Below are positions 1 through 8,669 of a stretch of DNA of 64,000 nucleotides, piece after piece. Below the pieces are notes generated by a model. The model saw only the letters and a list, made by a program, of their open reading frames with translations, was not told the origin of the DNA and did not search any database. The translations under genes and the position numbers were made by a program. Where the stretch lies: the IMG/VR virus record IMGVR_UViG_3300029305_006219; one strand, 5' to 3'. Within the stretch, counting starts at the first letter, position 1. Every line of letters starts with the position of its first letter. Origin of the DNA: a virus.

Positions 1-306
1 GTTTCTAAAATAATATGCTCAAACTAGTCCCAGCCATATTTATTAATTGCGTGAAAAAAATGAGGACAGTTTTCATATCGTTTTCCATTGTCTCCCCAAC
101 GATATTCAGGTTTCTAATTTGTCTATCCAATATAAACCTTACCATTAACCTTATTTTTGTGCATATAAATACAATAATTATTTGTCATAAATTTTCTCCT
201 TTAATATGTTTATTTAAGCCTTATTGACTTCATTAATATATTATTTTTGTATTAAATAATTTATATAACTTTAACCTGAATTTTTTCACTATTCAACTAC
301 TTTAAA

Positions 307-1128
307 TCAATTATTCTTTTTCTTTTTAATGACAAGATTCTTTTGTTTTAGCTTTTCACTGATATTAAGAACTCGATCACAGATAGAACAATGTTCGCCT
401 TTCATACATTTTCGTCCACAACTTTTACGCAATTGCGCAAACCCTGGTACGATGCGACTAGAGTCAAAAGATAAATCAAAATCAAGAATAATTTGATTTA
501 AATCTCCAAGCCAAACTCCTTTTTTATAGATTCTATATAAAATCTCTTGTCTATTGGTTGGGCCCCAGAATTCAAGAGTCGAAATGCAATCTTCATATTC
601 TACTACATCTTCTGGACGAATAAAGAATTTTTTGAGCGCCGGTCCAGATTGAATGCTTCCTTGAGCTACATTTGGAAATGCTCTAATCTGCACCCCATAA
701 TTGTCACATACCTTCTTTGCGCGCTTCAGATCAAAGCAAATATCTTCTGCAAGATAAACTTCCGAAACACCTTGTTCTACAAGATAATGTAGTTGGTCAA
801 AATTGACTACTGTATCTCCAGTAAAATAAGGTATCTCTAAACTTTGTATACATTCTACCATCATTTCAGACATTACAGTAAAATATCCTACTTCTTTAAA
901 ACATACTGTAAAACCTAGCTCAGGATATTTTTGATGAATTGCATTAAGTTTTTTCCATTCTTTTGCTTCATAGAAATCTTGAAGATTTGTTATCCTTAAA
1001 ATAATTTTCTTGTTTGAATACTTTTGCATAAAAGGAACAAGCTCTTTATCTTGTCTATCATAAAGAATCGCAATTTCATCAAAGGCATTTAAGTTTATTT
1101 TATTGGAAAATAAAGCACAATATTTCAT
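307..1128 (-). CDS. hypothetical protein (273 aa) with a C-terminal Cys cluster (C-x3-C-x5-C-x2-C)
   Basis: Intact ORF in the track with a TGA stop. No motif recognised apart from the Cys cluster. Lies at the left edge of the early leftward region. Confidence 0.5.
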   Translation of the reverse strand: MKYCALFSNKINLNAFDEIAILYDRQDKELVPFMQKYSNKKIILRITNLQDFYEAKEWKKLNAIHQKYPELGFTVCFKEVGYFTVMSEMMVECIQSLEIPYFTGDTVVNFDQLHYLVEQGVSEVYLAEDICFDLKRAKKVCDNYGVQIRAFPNVAQGSIQSGPALKKFFIRPEDVVEYEDCISTLEFWGPTNRQEILYRIYKKGVWLGDLNQIILDFDLSFDSSRIVPGFAQLRKSCGRKCMKGEHCSICDRVLNISEKLKQKNLVIKKKKNN

Positions 1129-1156
1129 ATTATTAATCTCCTTTTACGAGTAAAAA

Positions 1157-1190
1157 ACAGGCGGCGATAATCAATCCCGCCGCCTGTTTT
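1157..1190. terminator. bidirectional intrinsic terminator
   Basis: GC-rich hairpin caggcggcg...cgccgcctg. An A-run precedes it and a T-run follows it. It sits between two minus-strand genes. Confidence 0.6.
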
Positions 1191-1224
1191 AAGTCTTAAG
1201 TTCAAATATTACGTTCTATTGCTA

Positions 1225-1614
1225 TTACTCAGCATCAGTATCAACGGGAAGAGTGTAAGCTGTCTTTGTCTTACCATCCTCAGTCTTTACCTTGCACTTT
1301 GCAATTGCGCCAGACTCAACAAGGTTGTTAAGCTTAGCCTGAATCTTATGAACAGTAAGCTCGCCGCTCTCGTCATTCATTGCAACAAGAATGTCGTCTC
1401 TTGTCTGAGGCTCGTTAGTAATTACTGCAAAGACGTTGCCTTGAAGCTCGTCGCCTTCAGCTCTCTTAGCGGCTGCGCGCTCTCTGTTCTTTGCATTTTT
1501 CTTGTCAAGCTTTGCAAGCTCGTTCTCTGCGTACTCTACGAATTCTGCGTTGTCTGCATAAAGCTCCTTCCACTCGGTGAGCTTCATAGCTGTTGTTCTC
1601 TTTGTGTCTGCCAT
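1225..1614 (-). CDS. small protein, paralog family member 1 (129 aa), possible winged-helix C-terminus
   Basis: Intact ORF with a TAA stop. It shares its architecture with the ORFs at 9817..10227 and 10799..11203: a K/R/A-rich segment in the N-terminal half (KKNAKNRERAAAKRAE in this member) and a conserved C-terminal block ending ..K..Y.L. Confidence 0.55.
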   Translation of the reverse strand: MADTKRTTAMKLTEWKELYADNAEFVEYAENELAKLDKKNAKNRERAAAKRAEGDELQGNVFAVITNEPQTRDDILVAMNDESGELTVHKIQAKLNNLVESGAIAKCKVKTEDGKTKTAYTLPVDTDAE

Positions 1615-1654
1615 TGTTTTTTTCTCCTTAAAAATTAAATTATTTTTTTTATTT

Positions 1655-1795
1655 GGTGTTATTATTATACCAAAAATTTTTTATTTTTTCAACTTTGGGT
1701 ATATTGCCCACGAATAATTTTTATTATTACTCGTTTCTGCTTTTCCCATTCTTTACATTTATATTATACCAAAAATTTTTGGATTTTTCAAGTGA
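1655..1795 (-). promoter_or_regulatory. two tandem leftward sigma-70-like promoters (TTGAAA-N17-TATAAT each)
   Basis: Reverse complement of ggtgttattattatacc..ttcaac and of tacatttatattatacc..tttcaag. Each gives TTGAAA, a 17-nt spacer and TGgTATAAT upstream of the gene starting at 1614. Confidence 0.45.
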
Positions 1796-1987
1796 AGCCT
1801 TTGAACTAACTTTAAATCCTCGTAATACAAGAAATATGAATCCTGTAATTAAACAGCTTGTGATAGTACCTAGAACTGCGATCCCTATACCTGCGGCTAT
1901 TGGCGCAGTAGGAACAGCTATGATACATGCTGCTAGTCCAAGCCAAAACATTGCGATAGTTATTAAATAGATAATTGCAACTGCCAT
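1727..1987 (-). CDS. small hydrophobic/membrane protein (86 aa)
   Basis: Strong RBS (gaaaggaggttaaaaaATG on the minus strand) and a hydrophobic N-terminus. The 3' end of the ORF runs into promoter DNA. Confidence 0.45.
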   Translation of the reverse strand: MAVAIIYLITIAMFWLGLAACIIAVPTAPIAAGIGIAVLGTITSCLITGFIFLVLRGFKVSSKASLEKSKNFWYNINVKNGKSRNE

Positions 1988-2004
1988 TTTTTAACCTCCT
2001 TTCT

Positions 2005-2871
2005 TTACCATTCTCTATATCCAGAGTAATCGAAAAGGATTGGCGCCCCATTAAGATATCCTATATTTGCGGCTCTTAAATCTCCTATTCGATATTCATC
2101 AAGGAAGTCATATAGTCTTTTTAGTTCCTCTTGTCCATAACAAGCAATAAAATCTGCTACCCATATATCGTTAAAAGCGATAATATCTAGCTCCTGACAA
2201 ACTTTATCTGATATTTTCTTTTTCTTTTTATAGTCATCACTATTGTAATCAATTCCCATTTCATCAAGAGGAATACATCTTTGCTGATAATAAATAGGTG
2301 TTTCATCTATCATACCAAGGAAACCTTCTTCAGCGAAATAGGCGCCCAAACCTGCCTCAAGCGCGTGTTCATAAAGTATAGTTTCCAGCGCGCAATAGTT
2401 CCAAGGTTCAATATATTGTTCTTCATCATGAGGCAGTTCGATATCATTTGCGTATTCAAGATCTGTATACCATATCCTATCTCCTTCATCTGGCTCAGGA
2501 TATTTGGTATCATAGTCTTTCATTTTTTCGTCCATTTTTTGACGAGCAAGTTGTATATCACCGTTACATTTGATAAGCATTTGTTGCGCCCATTCTTCAT
2601 AATAGTCATCTCTTGCTGATTCCCAATCACAATAGGCATCGTCATAACTATCCTGCTCAAATACGCAATGAAAAGGAATTTTAATAACATAAGGCTCACC
2701 TTTAATAAGCAATACAGCTTTCGATATTCCTCCATCAAGAGAAAATTCAAAAGGCGGTTGAGCTTCACGTATAGGATCTTCAAGATAAGCCTCTGTATCT
2801 TTTAAGTTAAATCCAGAATCAAGTACTGGGATTGTATTTTTTAAGAAATTTAGTATTTCTTGTTTTGTCAT
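2005..2871 (-). CDS. hypothetical acidic protein (288 aa)
   Basis: Intact ORF with a TAA stop. An upstream extended -10 promoter (TTGATT-N17-TgtTATAAT at about 2885-2925) and a terminator at 2941-2975 bracket it. Confidence 0.55.
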   Translation of the reverse strand: MTKQEILNFLKNTIPVLDSGFNLKDTEAYLEDPIREAQPPFEFSLDGGISKAVLLIKGEPYVIKIPFHCVFEQDSYDDAYCDWESARDDYYEEWAQQMLIKCNGDIQLARQKMDEKMKDYDTKYPEPDEGDRIWYTDLEYANDIELPHDEEQYIEPWNYCALETILYEHALEAGLGAYFAEEGFLGMIDETPIYYQQRCIPLDEMGIDYNSDDYKKKKKISDKVCQELDIIAFNDIWVADFIACYGQEELKRLYDFLDEYRIGDLRAANIGYLNGAPILFDYSGYREW

Positions 2872-2940
2872 TTATATATTTATTTCCTCTCTGATTTTTT
2901 CTTATACTTAATTATAACATAAATTAAATAAAAAATCAAT

Positions 2941-2975
2941 AAAAAACAGAGCGGCGCGAATGCGTCGCTCTGAGA
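2941..2975 (-). terminator. intrinsic terminator for the leftward transcript
   Basis: Hairpin cagagcg..cgctctg followed on the minus strand by TTTTTT. Confidence 0.55.
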
Positions 2976-3010
2976 GGCGTAAAGTGATTATTCGGCGCCG
3001 TCATAAACTG

Positions 3011-3229
3011 TTATCGTTGGTTTATCTTTTTCGATACCTGTTGAATAATATATTCCTGTTCTGATTCAAATCCATCATCGAGCAATCCATACTGCTTCAT
3101 AACCTCGTCAAAAATTTTTTTATCTGCAATATCGACATCATCGTAATATAAATCTACAAGATAATTAATTGCTTTTTCAACATTTTCATAATGCTGAGCT
3201 ATTGCTATATTTAAAGGATTAAAGTTCAT
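3011..3229 (-). CDS. hypothetical small acidic protein (72 aa)
   Basis: ORF from the track. It overlaps the start/stop of 3219..3506, consistent with an operon. Confidence 0.45.
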   Translation of the reverse strand: MNFNPLNIAIAQHYENVEKAINYLVDLYYDDVDIADKKIFDEVMKQYGLLDDGFESEQEYIIQQVSKKINQR

Positions 3230-3506
3230 TAGGCGTAACCTCCTCTATGGTATAATAACAAGCATCATAGATTTCGTCTGAATTCACGTCGGGAAGTTTA
3301 GCAAAAATGACATCTGCGTGCATATCAAGATAAGCTCCAACACACTCTTCTGCGCAGTATTCCATTTCCTCTTTATTTGTAATATCGACGCGGTCACAGA
3401 TAAATTCTTCGATAAGTCCATGTAGATAAGAATTTCCAATAGTAACTTTAATAGCGTTCATTTTATTTCCTCTCTTTTCTTTTTTATTACATATATATTT
3501 TATCAT
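3219..3506 (-). CDS. hypothetical small protein (95 aa)
   Basis: ORF from the track. An upstream promoter TTGATT-N17-TAAAAT lies at about 3515-3545 on the minus strand. Confidence 0.45.
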   Translation of the reverse strand: MIKYICNKKEKRGNKMNAIKVTIGNSYLHGLIEEFICDRVDITNKEEMEYCAEECVGAYLDMHADVIFAKLPDVNSDEIYDACYYTIEEVTPNEL

Positions 3507-3574
3507 ATTTTTTGAAAAAAATCAATTAGAAAGCAAAAGGTGGTGATAATATAGCAGATAAGAAGTTAAATTTG

Positions 3575-3605
3575 ACTTTATTTTAATTTTATATTATAAT
3601 TAATA
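3575..3605 (+). promoter_or_regulatory. rightward promoter TTGACT-N17-TATAAT
   Basis: aaatTTGACTttattttaattttatatTATAAT lies upstream of the RBS aaaggaga and the GTG start at 3636. Confidence 0.5.
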
Positions 3606-3635
3606 TGAATAAAAGAAATAAAAGGAGAAAGATAC

Positions 3636-4115
3636 GTGGAAATAATTGGATTAATTATTTTAATAGCTGGATTAATATTTATTGGATTTGACTATGGACG
3701 TATGTTAATTAAGAATCGGCGCCTATAGGCAAAATTAGGTGATGATTCGGCGCCTTACACACCTACAAGGAATATTATGGTAATGGATGAATATTGCCCT
3801 TATTTAGTTAAATTAACGACACTATGTATTAAAGCTCATGGAGATGCTAATATTAAAATTACAAAATATGATAGTAGTCAAGAGAATGTTGGTGTGATTA
3901 AAGTGTATTTTGATAATGATGATGAACTATTGGTTTATTAGTATGGTAAAGCAAAGATTAAAGAGTTAACAAATAGAGAAAAGAAGAATTATGCTAATAA
4001 AATTTTTCTTGACTATAAGTTACCAGAGGGTGCGGCCGGCGCAGTAATAAAAGATTTAGGATTAATGAATCACATGGTTTATTTCGGCTTTTGTGATGAA
4101 AGGAGTGTAAAATGA
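3636..4115 (+). CDS. membrane protein (about 159 aa, N-terminal TM helix) with 2 in-frame TAG codons
   Basis: GTG start after the RBS AGGAGA. The frame is open to the TGA at 4113-4115 when the two TAGs are read through. The ATGA overlap with the next gene suggests translational coupling. The gene is absent from the ORF track because of the TAGs. Confidence 0.5.
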
Positions 4116-4519
4116 GTAATTGGGCAAAAACAGGTGAAGCTTATTTTGGAGATTCTTTTGATAGAAAAATAACTCTTGGACCTGGGGAATTGAGTTTTAG
4201 CGCTAATAATTGCGTGATAGATCAAGATGCTTTATCTTCTATAGTAGGATATGATAGTGCTAATACTTATGCAATGGCAACTAGTTATGAAAAGCCAATA
4301 AGTATAGGCTACTGTGGAGATATAAGTGCTAAGGCAGATTCTGTTAGCGCTTTACAAGTGGATATTTCAGCAAGAGTAGATCAGCTTGAAGAGAAGCTTG
4401 ATACAGTAATGGCGCGCATTGATGAGTTAAAGCAGTCTGTTTCACGTACTTCAAGATTGCGTTCGTTATTAAGAACGTTGCATTATAATAGCGAAGTTGA
4501 AAGTGGCGCCAACTTTTGA
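4112..4519 (+). CDS. hypothetical coiled-coil protein (135 aa)
   Basis: ORF from the track with an RBS gaaaggag and no in-frame TAG. Confidence 0.55.
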   Translation: MSNWAKTGEAYFGDSFDRKITLGPGELSFSANNCVIDQDALSSIVGYDSANTYAMATSYEKPISIGYCGDISAKADSVSALQVDISARVDQLEEKLDTVMARIDELKQSVSRTSRLRSLLRTLHYNSEVESGANF

Positions 4520-4776
4520 TGTAAGCTGCTAAGGGTGCAGATTGGCGCATGAACCAACACGATTTTGCTACGATTTTAATTGAACTTGCTTTTGATAAAA
4601 GGCGGCATGACAACAGATTGTTGCAAAACTATTAAAGATGATGCGATAAGGAAAATATAGAAAAGAGTATATCGTCGAAAAATTGGCAAATTAAGGTAGT
4701 ATTATGGAAAAAATTTTGGACAAAAATAGATACAATTACTACCTTAATTTTTATATAATAGTGAAAGGAGTTAGTA

Positions 4777-4974
4777 ATGACTCGTGAAGAAATAATATTT
4801 TAGTTAAAGGAGATGCGCGCAAAAGGTTATACGTATAAGTTGATTGCGAAAGAGGCAAAATTAGATAATCCTGATTAGCTTTATAAGTTTATCAATAGAG
4901 ATGCTCCTGCTATTTGGGTGAAGCAGCAATTAGAGAACTATTTGCGCCGAGTAAACGGAAATGGGTCAAATTAA
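4777..4974 (+). CDS. small HTH-like protein (65 aa) with 2 in-frame TAG codons
   Basis: RBS gaaaggag plus ATG at 4777. With TAG read as sense the protein is MTREEIIF(Q)LKEMRAKGYTYKLIAKEAKLDNPD(Q)LYKF..., ending on TAA at 4972-4974. Confidence 0.4.
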
Positions 4975-5162
4975 AGAAAGAGTGATTTACACTCGAAAAA
5001 TGGCGTACGAATTACGCAAGTTGGGTTTTAAGATTATTAGAGTGATACCTGATGAGAAGAAACCTTATTTTGATAATTATGTATTTGAAGATAGTCTTGA
5101 GTTACAAGAGGCTATGCGCAAATTATCTTAGGTTTAAAATAAGGAATCGGAGGTATCGGATA

Positions 5163-5846
5163 ATGATTAAAGAATTTAAGAATAATCCTGTAAGAGATTT
5201 TGGTAACGTATATCAGACTATGTTGTCACAGATAAAAAAGAGATATGAGAAAGATCCTGTACAAGCTGGAGAATTAGCTATTAGTTTTATTGAATATGTA
5301 TTAACAGGTGATATTAGTAGTGACGATGATATTATTGAAGGCTTTGTTGAAGGATATAAGGTTACGACTAAAAAGAATCAAGATAAATATGATGCTAAGG
5401 TCGCTGCAACAAGAGACGCGCTAAAGCCAATTGCAGATATGTATAATAGGGGTATGACACAGGCGGCGATTGCGCGTGAGCTAGGTGTTCAGCCGCCCGC
5501 TATTTCAAAGAAAATGTCTACCATTCGTACACAGTTTCCAGAGTTGTTAGATAATGAAGGAAAATTAAAGAAAGTTTCCGAAAATTCTGGAAATAATGGA
5601 AAGTTTCCAAAAAATGAGGAAAGTATAGAAAAAGTTTCTGAAAATTCTGGAAATATTAAGAAAGAAGAAGAAAGTTTAGAAACGTTTCCAAGTTTCCAAA
5701 GTTTCCACAATAATAATAACTATAATAACAATAATAACTAGAATAATAATAATGAAGTTTCCATTTCGCCTCGCGGCGAGTCAGGGCTTCGCCCCGACAC
5801 CCCTGCGGCTTCGCCGATAAAGAAGATTGGAGGGTTTGAGTTTTGA
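5163..5846 (+). CDS. HTH DNA-binding protein (sigma-70 region-4 / ArpU-RinA-like helix-turn-helix), with a possible C-terminal extension past the TAG at 5739
   Basis: RBS ggaggt plus ATG at 5163. HTH motif GMTQAAIARELGVQPPAISKKMSTIR. The track ORF stops at the TAG at 5739-5741, and the frame then stays open to the TGA at 5844-5846. The 3' end is built from repeated KVSENSGN / GTTTCCA units. Confidence 0.5.
5571..5770. repeat. iteron-like direct repeats (A)AAGTTTCC(A/G)AAA, at least 7 copies including three tandem copies, followed by an AT-rich (AAT)n tract and a GC-rich segment
   Basis: aaagtttccgaaaa, aaagtttccaaaaa, aaagtttctgaaaa, cgtttccaa-gtttccaaa-gtttccacaa and agtttccattt, all inside the 3' end of the HTH gene. 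Confidence 0.5.
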
Positions 5847-6124
5847 GGGGAGTATATGTAATTGCTGATGATATGGGAAGAGTTTACTATGTGGGACAGA
5901 GTGAATAGTTGGAAAATAGAACATGGGGACATTTAGCTAAAATAAAACAAGATGAGAATAAATATAAGAAAAATAAATTATATTGGATATTGGGTAGATT
6001 GAATGATTTAAAAGTTGGGCTTCATTGTTATTTATTAGAAGAGTATCCGTCATGGAATAGAATCGATATTAAGACAAGAGAAAAAGAAAATATTCGATTG
6101 TTAAAACCTGTATTAAATACTTAG
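5843..6124 (+). CDS. small GIY-YIG nuclease (about 93 aa) containing 1 in-frame TAG
   Basis: RBS GGAGGG plus a TTG start. The motif GVYVIADDMGRVYYVGQSE(TAG)LENRTWGHL matches GIY...YIG...R...H. The TAG lies inside the conserved block, at a position that is D/N-like in I-TevI and UvrC. Confidence 0.55.
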
Positions 6125-6315
6125 GTTCCTACTGATTGCATTTGTTATATGAAGAATATTTGGAATGCGGTAACAGCGGCAGTTCAGGCAGATGAAAATG
6201 GAAGATGGGATTTTAAAGGATGTAGGAAAATATGGTGAAGATGTGGAGAAATTATAGTAGAGTGGAGAGTTGTCCTGCGACCGAATCCAGAACCACTTCC
6301 ACTCATCTCTCGTCT

Positions 6316-6350
6316 TCGTTATCCCTATTGATTTATAATAAAATATATGA
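6316..6350 (+). promoter_or_regulatory. promoter TTGATT-N17-TATAAT
   Basis: attgatttataataaaatatatgatataat lies upstream of the RBS and the ATG at 6391. Confidence 0.45.
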
Positions 6351-6390
6351 TATAATAATTATAGAAAATATAAGAAAGGAAATAATACCA

Positions 6391-6762
6391 ATGAATATTG
6401 AAGATATGATCATGAATGGTGCATCTGAAGAAGAGATTGCAGAAGCTATAGACCAGATTCGCGCCAAGAGAACCTTGAAAATGGAAGAAGAGCGTCAGGC
6501 GCGCGAATCTCAAAAGAAGAAAGATGAAGAGCAGACCGCGAAAGAGGCGCTTAAGGCAGAGGCTCGCGCGCATTTCATCAATGCTGTACTTGCATATAGT
6601 GAGGCTTTTGACCTTTTGGAAGAGGGAGAGAGCTGGACTGAAGAAGATCTAAAAGAGGTGGAAGAGTACCTTATTCAGATTGAAGGAATAATTCCTATGT
6701 ATGCTAAGATGATGAAGAAGAAAAAGGAATTCGGATTTGGAGATCTTTTTGGATTGATATAA
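6391..6762 (+). CDS. hypothetical acidic coiled-coil protein (about 123 aa)
   Basis: The most plausible start is the ATG at 6391 (RBS aagaaaggaa) inside track ORF 6232..6762. Confidence 0.5.
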   Translation: MNIEDMIMNGASEEEIAEAIDQIRAKRTLKMEEERQARESQKKKDEEQTAKEALKAEARAHFINAVLAYSEAFDLLEEGESWTEEDLKEVEEYLIQIEGIIPMYAKMMKKKKEFGFGDLFGLI

Positions 6763-6974
6763 GCGCCGGTCCAGGTTATAGAAGTATAAATATAGAGAAT
6801 AGAGCGTTGGGTAAAACCCGGCGCTCTTATTGTTTTACCTCTTGACGCGACGAAGGCGCATTGGCGCCGAGGAGCGAAAGTTAAAAATTTTTCAAAAGTA
6901 GATAATTGTATTACCTTAATTTTAATATAACAATGACAAAGAAATACATTGTCACTAAGAAAGATTGTAACGAA

Positions 6975-7040
6975 TTATTAAACTACTTAATTTTATAGTC
7001 ATTATAAAAGTCATTACAATCTTTCCAATACTAAAAGAAA
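6975..7040 (+). promoter_or_regulatory. structured 5' leader of the HTH regulator gene, with a 10-bp inverted repeat AAGATTGTAA...TTACAATCTT
   Basis: A perfect 10-bp inverted repeat separated by about 50 nt, together with the direct repeat tcattataaaag/tcattacaat, lies immediately upstream of the RBS and the GTG at 7055. Confidence 0.4.
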
Positions 7041-7054
7041 GGAGATGAATTATA

Positions 7055-7762
7055 GTGAAACTTGTTGAAGGTAAAATAACTTTAGCTAATTTGGCTACTT
7101 GGCTAGGAGTATCTGCAGGCACCCTGCGCAATAATAAAAGTAAGTATTTAAATATTTTAGCTCGCTATTGCCGATATCATGAAGAAGGAACTACCAAAAA
7201 GACTCTTTATATTGATGAAGTATACGAAGCAGAATATTCGGCGCTATAGGGTCCAAAACCTTATCAAAGAGTAAAAGAGTTAACAAGAGAGGGTTGGAGC
7301 GCAGAAGGGCTAGATAGTTGTGCTCTTGTTGCAAGTCGTAATTTTCCTATTCTATAGCAAGAGGGATACACAATTACAGAAAATACCAATTATAATTATA
7401 CTTGTTAGAGCAGAACGGAACTTTGGGGCAGTCCTATGAAGCGCACAAATGGTGAGCTTGGCTATTGTCGTTATGAGTATTGTAAAATTGGACCTTAGGG
7501 CAAGCTTGTTCCGCTTAATGAGGAAGAATAGAAGATTAAGCGCTAGATCACAGAGAAATACTTTGGTAATTTAGAAGATTTTACTCTTGGGATAGCTGAT
7601 GATATTAAAACTGGTAAGATTACTGCGGAAGAGGCTGGTATTGCATTAGCTAATTTAGGTAGTCATGGAGAATATTTAGCTTGGAAGAATGAACTTGAGG
7701 CTAGACTAGGTTGTAAGATTTATAAAGGAACAAGAATACATAATGAAGAGAGTGCGTTTTAA
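7055..7762 (+). CDS. Xre-like HTH transcriptional regulator (about 235 aa) with 6 in-frame TAG codons
   Basis: N-terminal HTH motif ITLANLATWLGVSAGTLRNNKSKYL. The track ORF ends at the TAG at 7247. The same frame then continues for about 170 codons with five more TAGs and no TAA/TGA until the TAA at 7760-7762. A terminator follows directly. Confidence 0.55.
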
Positions 7763-7777
7763 TGCGCACTCTTTTTG
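7749..7777 (+). terminator. intrinsic terminator
   Basis: Hairpin agagtgcg-ttttaat-cgcactct followed by TTTTT. Confidence 0.6.
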
Positions 7778-8374
7778 CCGTGTATTTATTTTTACTATGC
7801 ATTTCTAGCAAAAGTACTACACGTAGTAAAATCAATACACGATGAATGTGGTAATTTGCTAAGTTTTTTAATCATACTCAGCCTATACTTCGCTTGATAA
7901 TAAATAATATTAGGTACATTTGCAACCTTTCTGCGTTACCCTTTTTTAAGGCAACGGCAACTATAAGTAAGGAGTATGAGAAGTTGTTGCCTTGTTTTAA
8001 GGTAACAGAAGCGCCTTTCCATTTTATTACATTTTTACCAAATTTTGGTAATACGCATCTATACTACCCTCAAGTCACGGCCTCCCCTTAACTCATTAAC
8101 CAATAGTAGCTCCTTTCTTCTTTACTATTGTCATCTTTTATTCTTTTCACTATAATTATACCATAATTTTCACTAAAATTCAACTTTTTCTCTTGGATCT
8201 AGGCGGCAATCATCATATTTTTCATTTCTGCGACCAAATTTTAGCATTATTGAAAGAACAAAAACAAGGAAAATACATTAGAAATATGAGTTTTTGATAA
8301 AATATTCATATATTATGCGAAAAAATTGATAAAAATGCTAATTATAGGAAAAAATAATGAAAATGAAACAACCA

Positions 8375-8600
8375 AAAATCGCGGGCGTTATAGTGGAAAG
8401 CACTGGACTAGAGCGATGACGGCTCTTTGCGATTGTCCGCGGCCCGAGCATATGCGCGTGCGCGCTATAGAGGTAGAATTAAGGGAAAACAGTGACTGCG
8501 CCAAACAACTATTTTTCGGTCGGTATAATATGGAAGAGATGGTAGATTCTGGAAACGGGGCTAGCCGGTGGCTAGCGACCCGCGCAATTATGAACAAAGT
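8375..8600. other. GC-rich structured island (candidate ncRNA or DNA recognition element)
   Basis: A sharp local rise in GC content. A CGCGGG...CCCGCG helix closes the element. Inside it are the hairpin AGAGCG..GCTCT, the palindrome GCGCGtgCGCGC and a tandem palindromic GGCTAGCC-ggt-GGCTAGC. Track ORF 8326..8604 is unconvincing as protein. Confidence 0.35.
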
Positions 8601-8618
8601 GTGAACAAGGGCGCAGAT

Positions 8619-8655
8619 AAAAAAAACAGAAGGCTTTACCCTCTGTTTTCTTTTA
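8619..8655. terminator. bidirectional intrinsic terminator (ends the leftward early operon)
   Basis: An A8 run, then hairpin acagaagg..cctctgt, then a T-rich run. Confidence 0.6.
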
Positions 8656-8669
8656 GTGACATTTGGCGC

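Noticed and set aside
1653-2051. Overlapping ORFs 1653..1970(+) and 1812..2051(-)
   Set aside because: They are antisense to, or out of frame with, the RBS-supported membrane-protein gene 1727..1987 and cover promoter DNA. Spurious.
5571-5770. Possible CRISPR-like array, suggested by the repeated short units
   Set aside because: The repeats are 8 to 14 bp with variable spacing inside a coding region, with no regular repeat/spacer periodicity. They are treated as iterons or protein repeats instead.
7894-8091. 65-aa ORF in the AT-rich gap
   Set aside because: No RBS or promoter context. The sequence overlaps a long hairpin. Probably non-coding.
8326-8604. 92-aa plus-strand ORF inside the GC-rich island
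   Set aside because: It has no RBS, an implausible Cys/Arg-rich low-complexity translation, an abrupt GC jump and nested perfect palindromes. It is more consistent with a structured nucleic-acid element.
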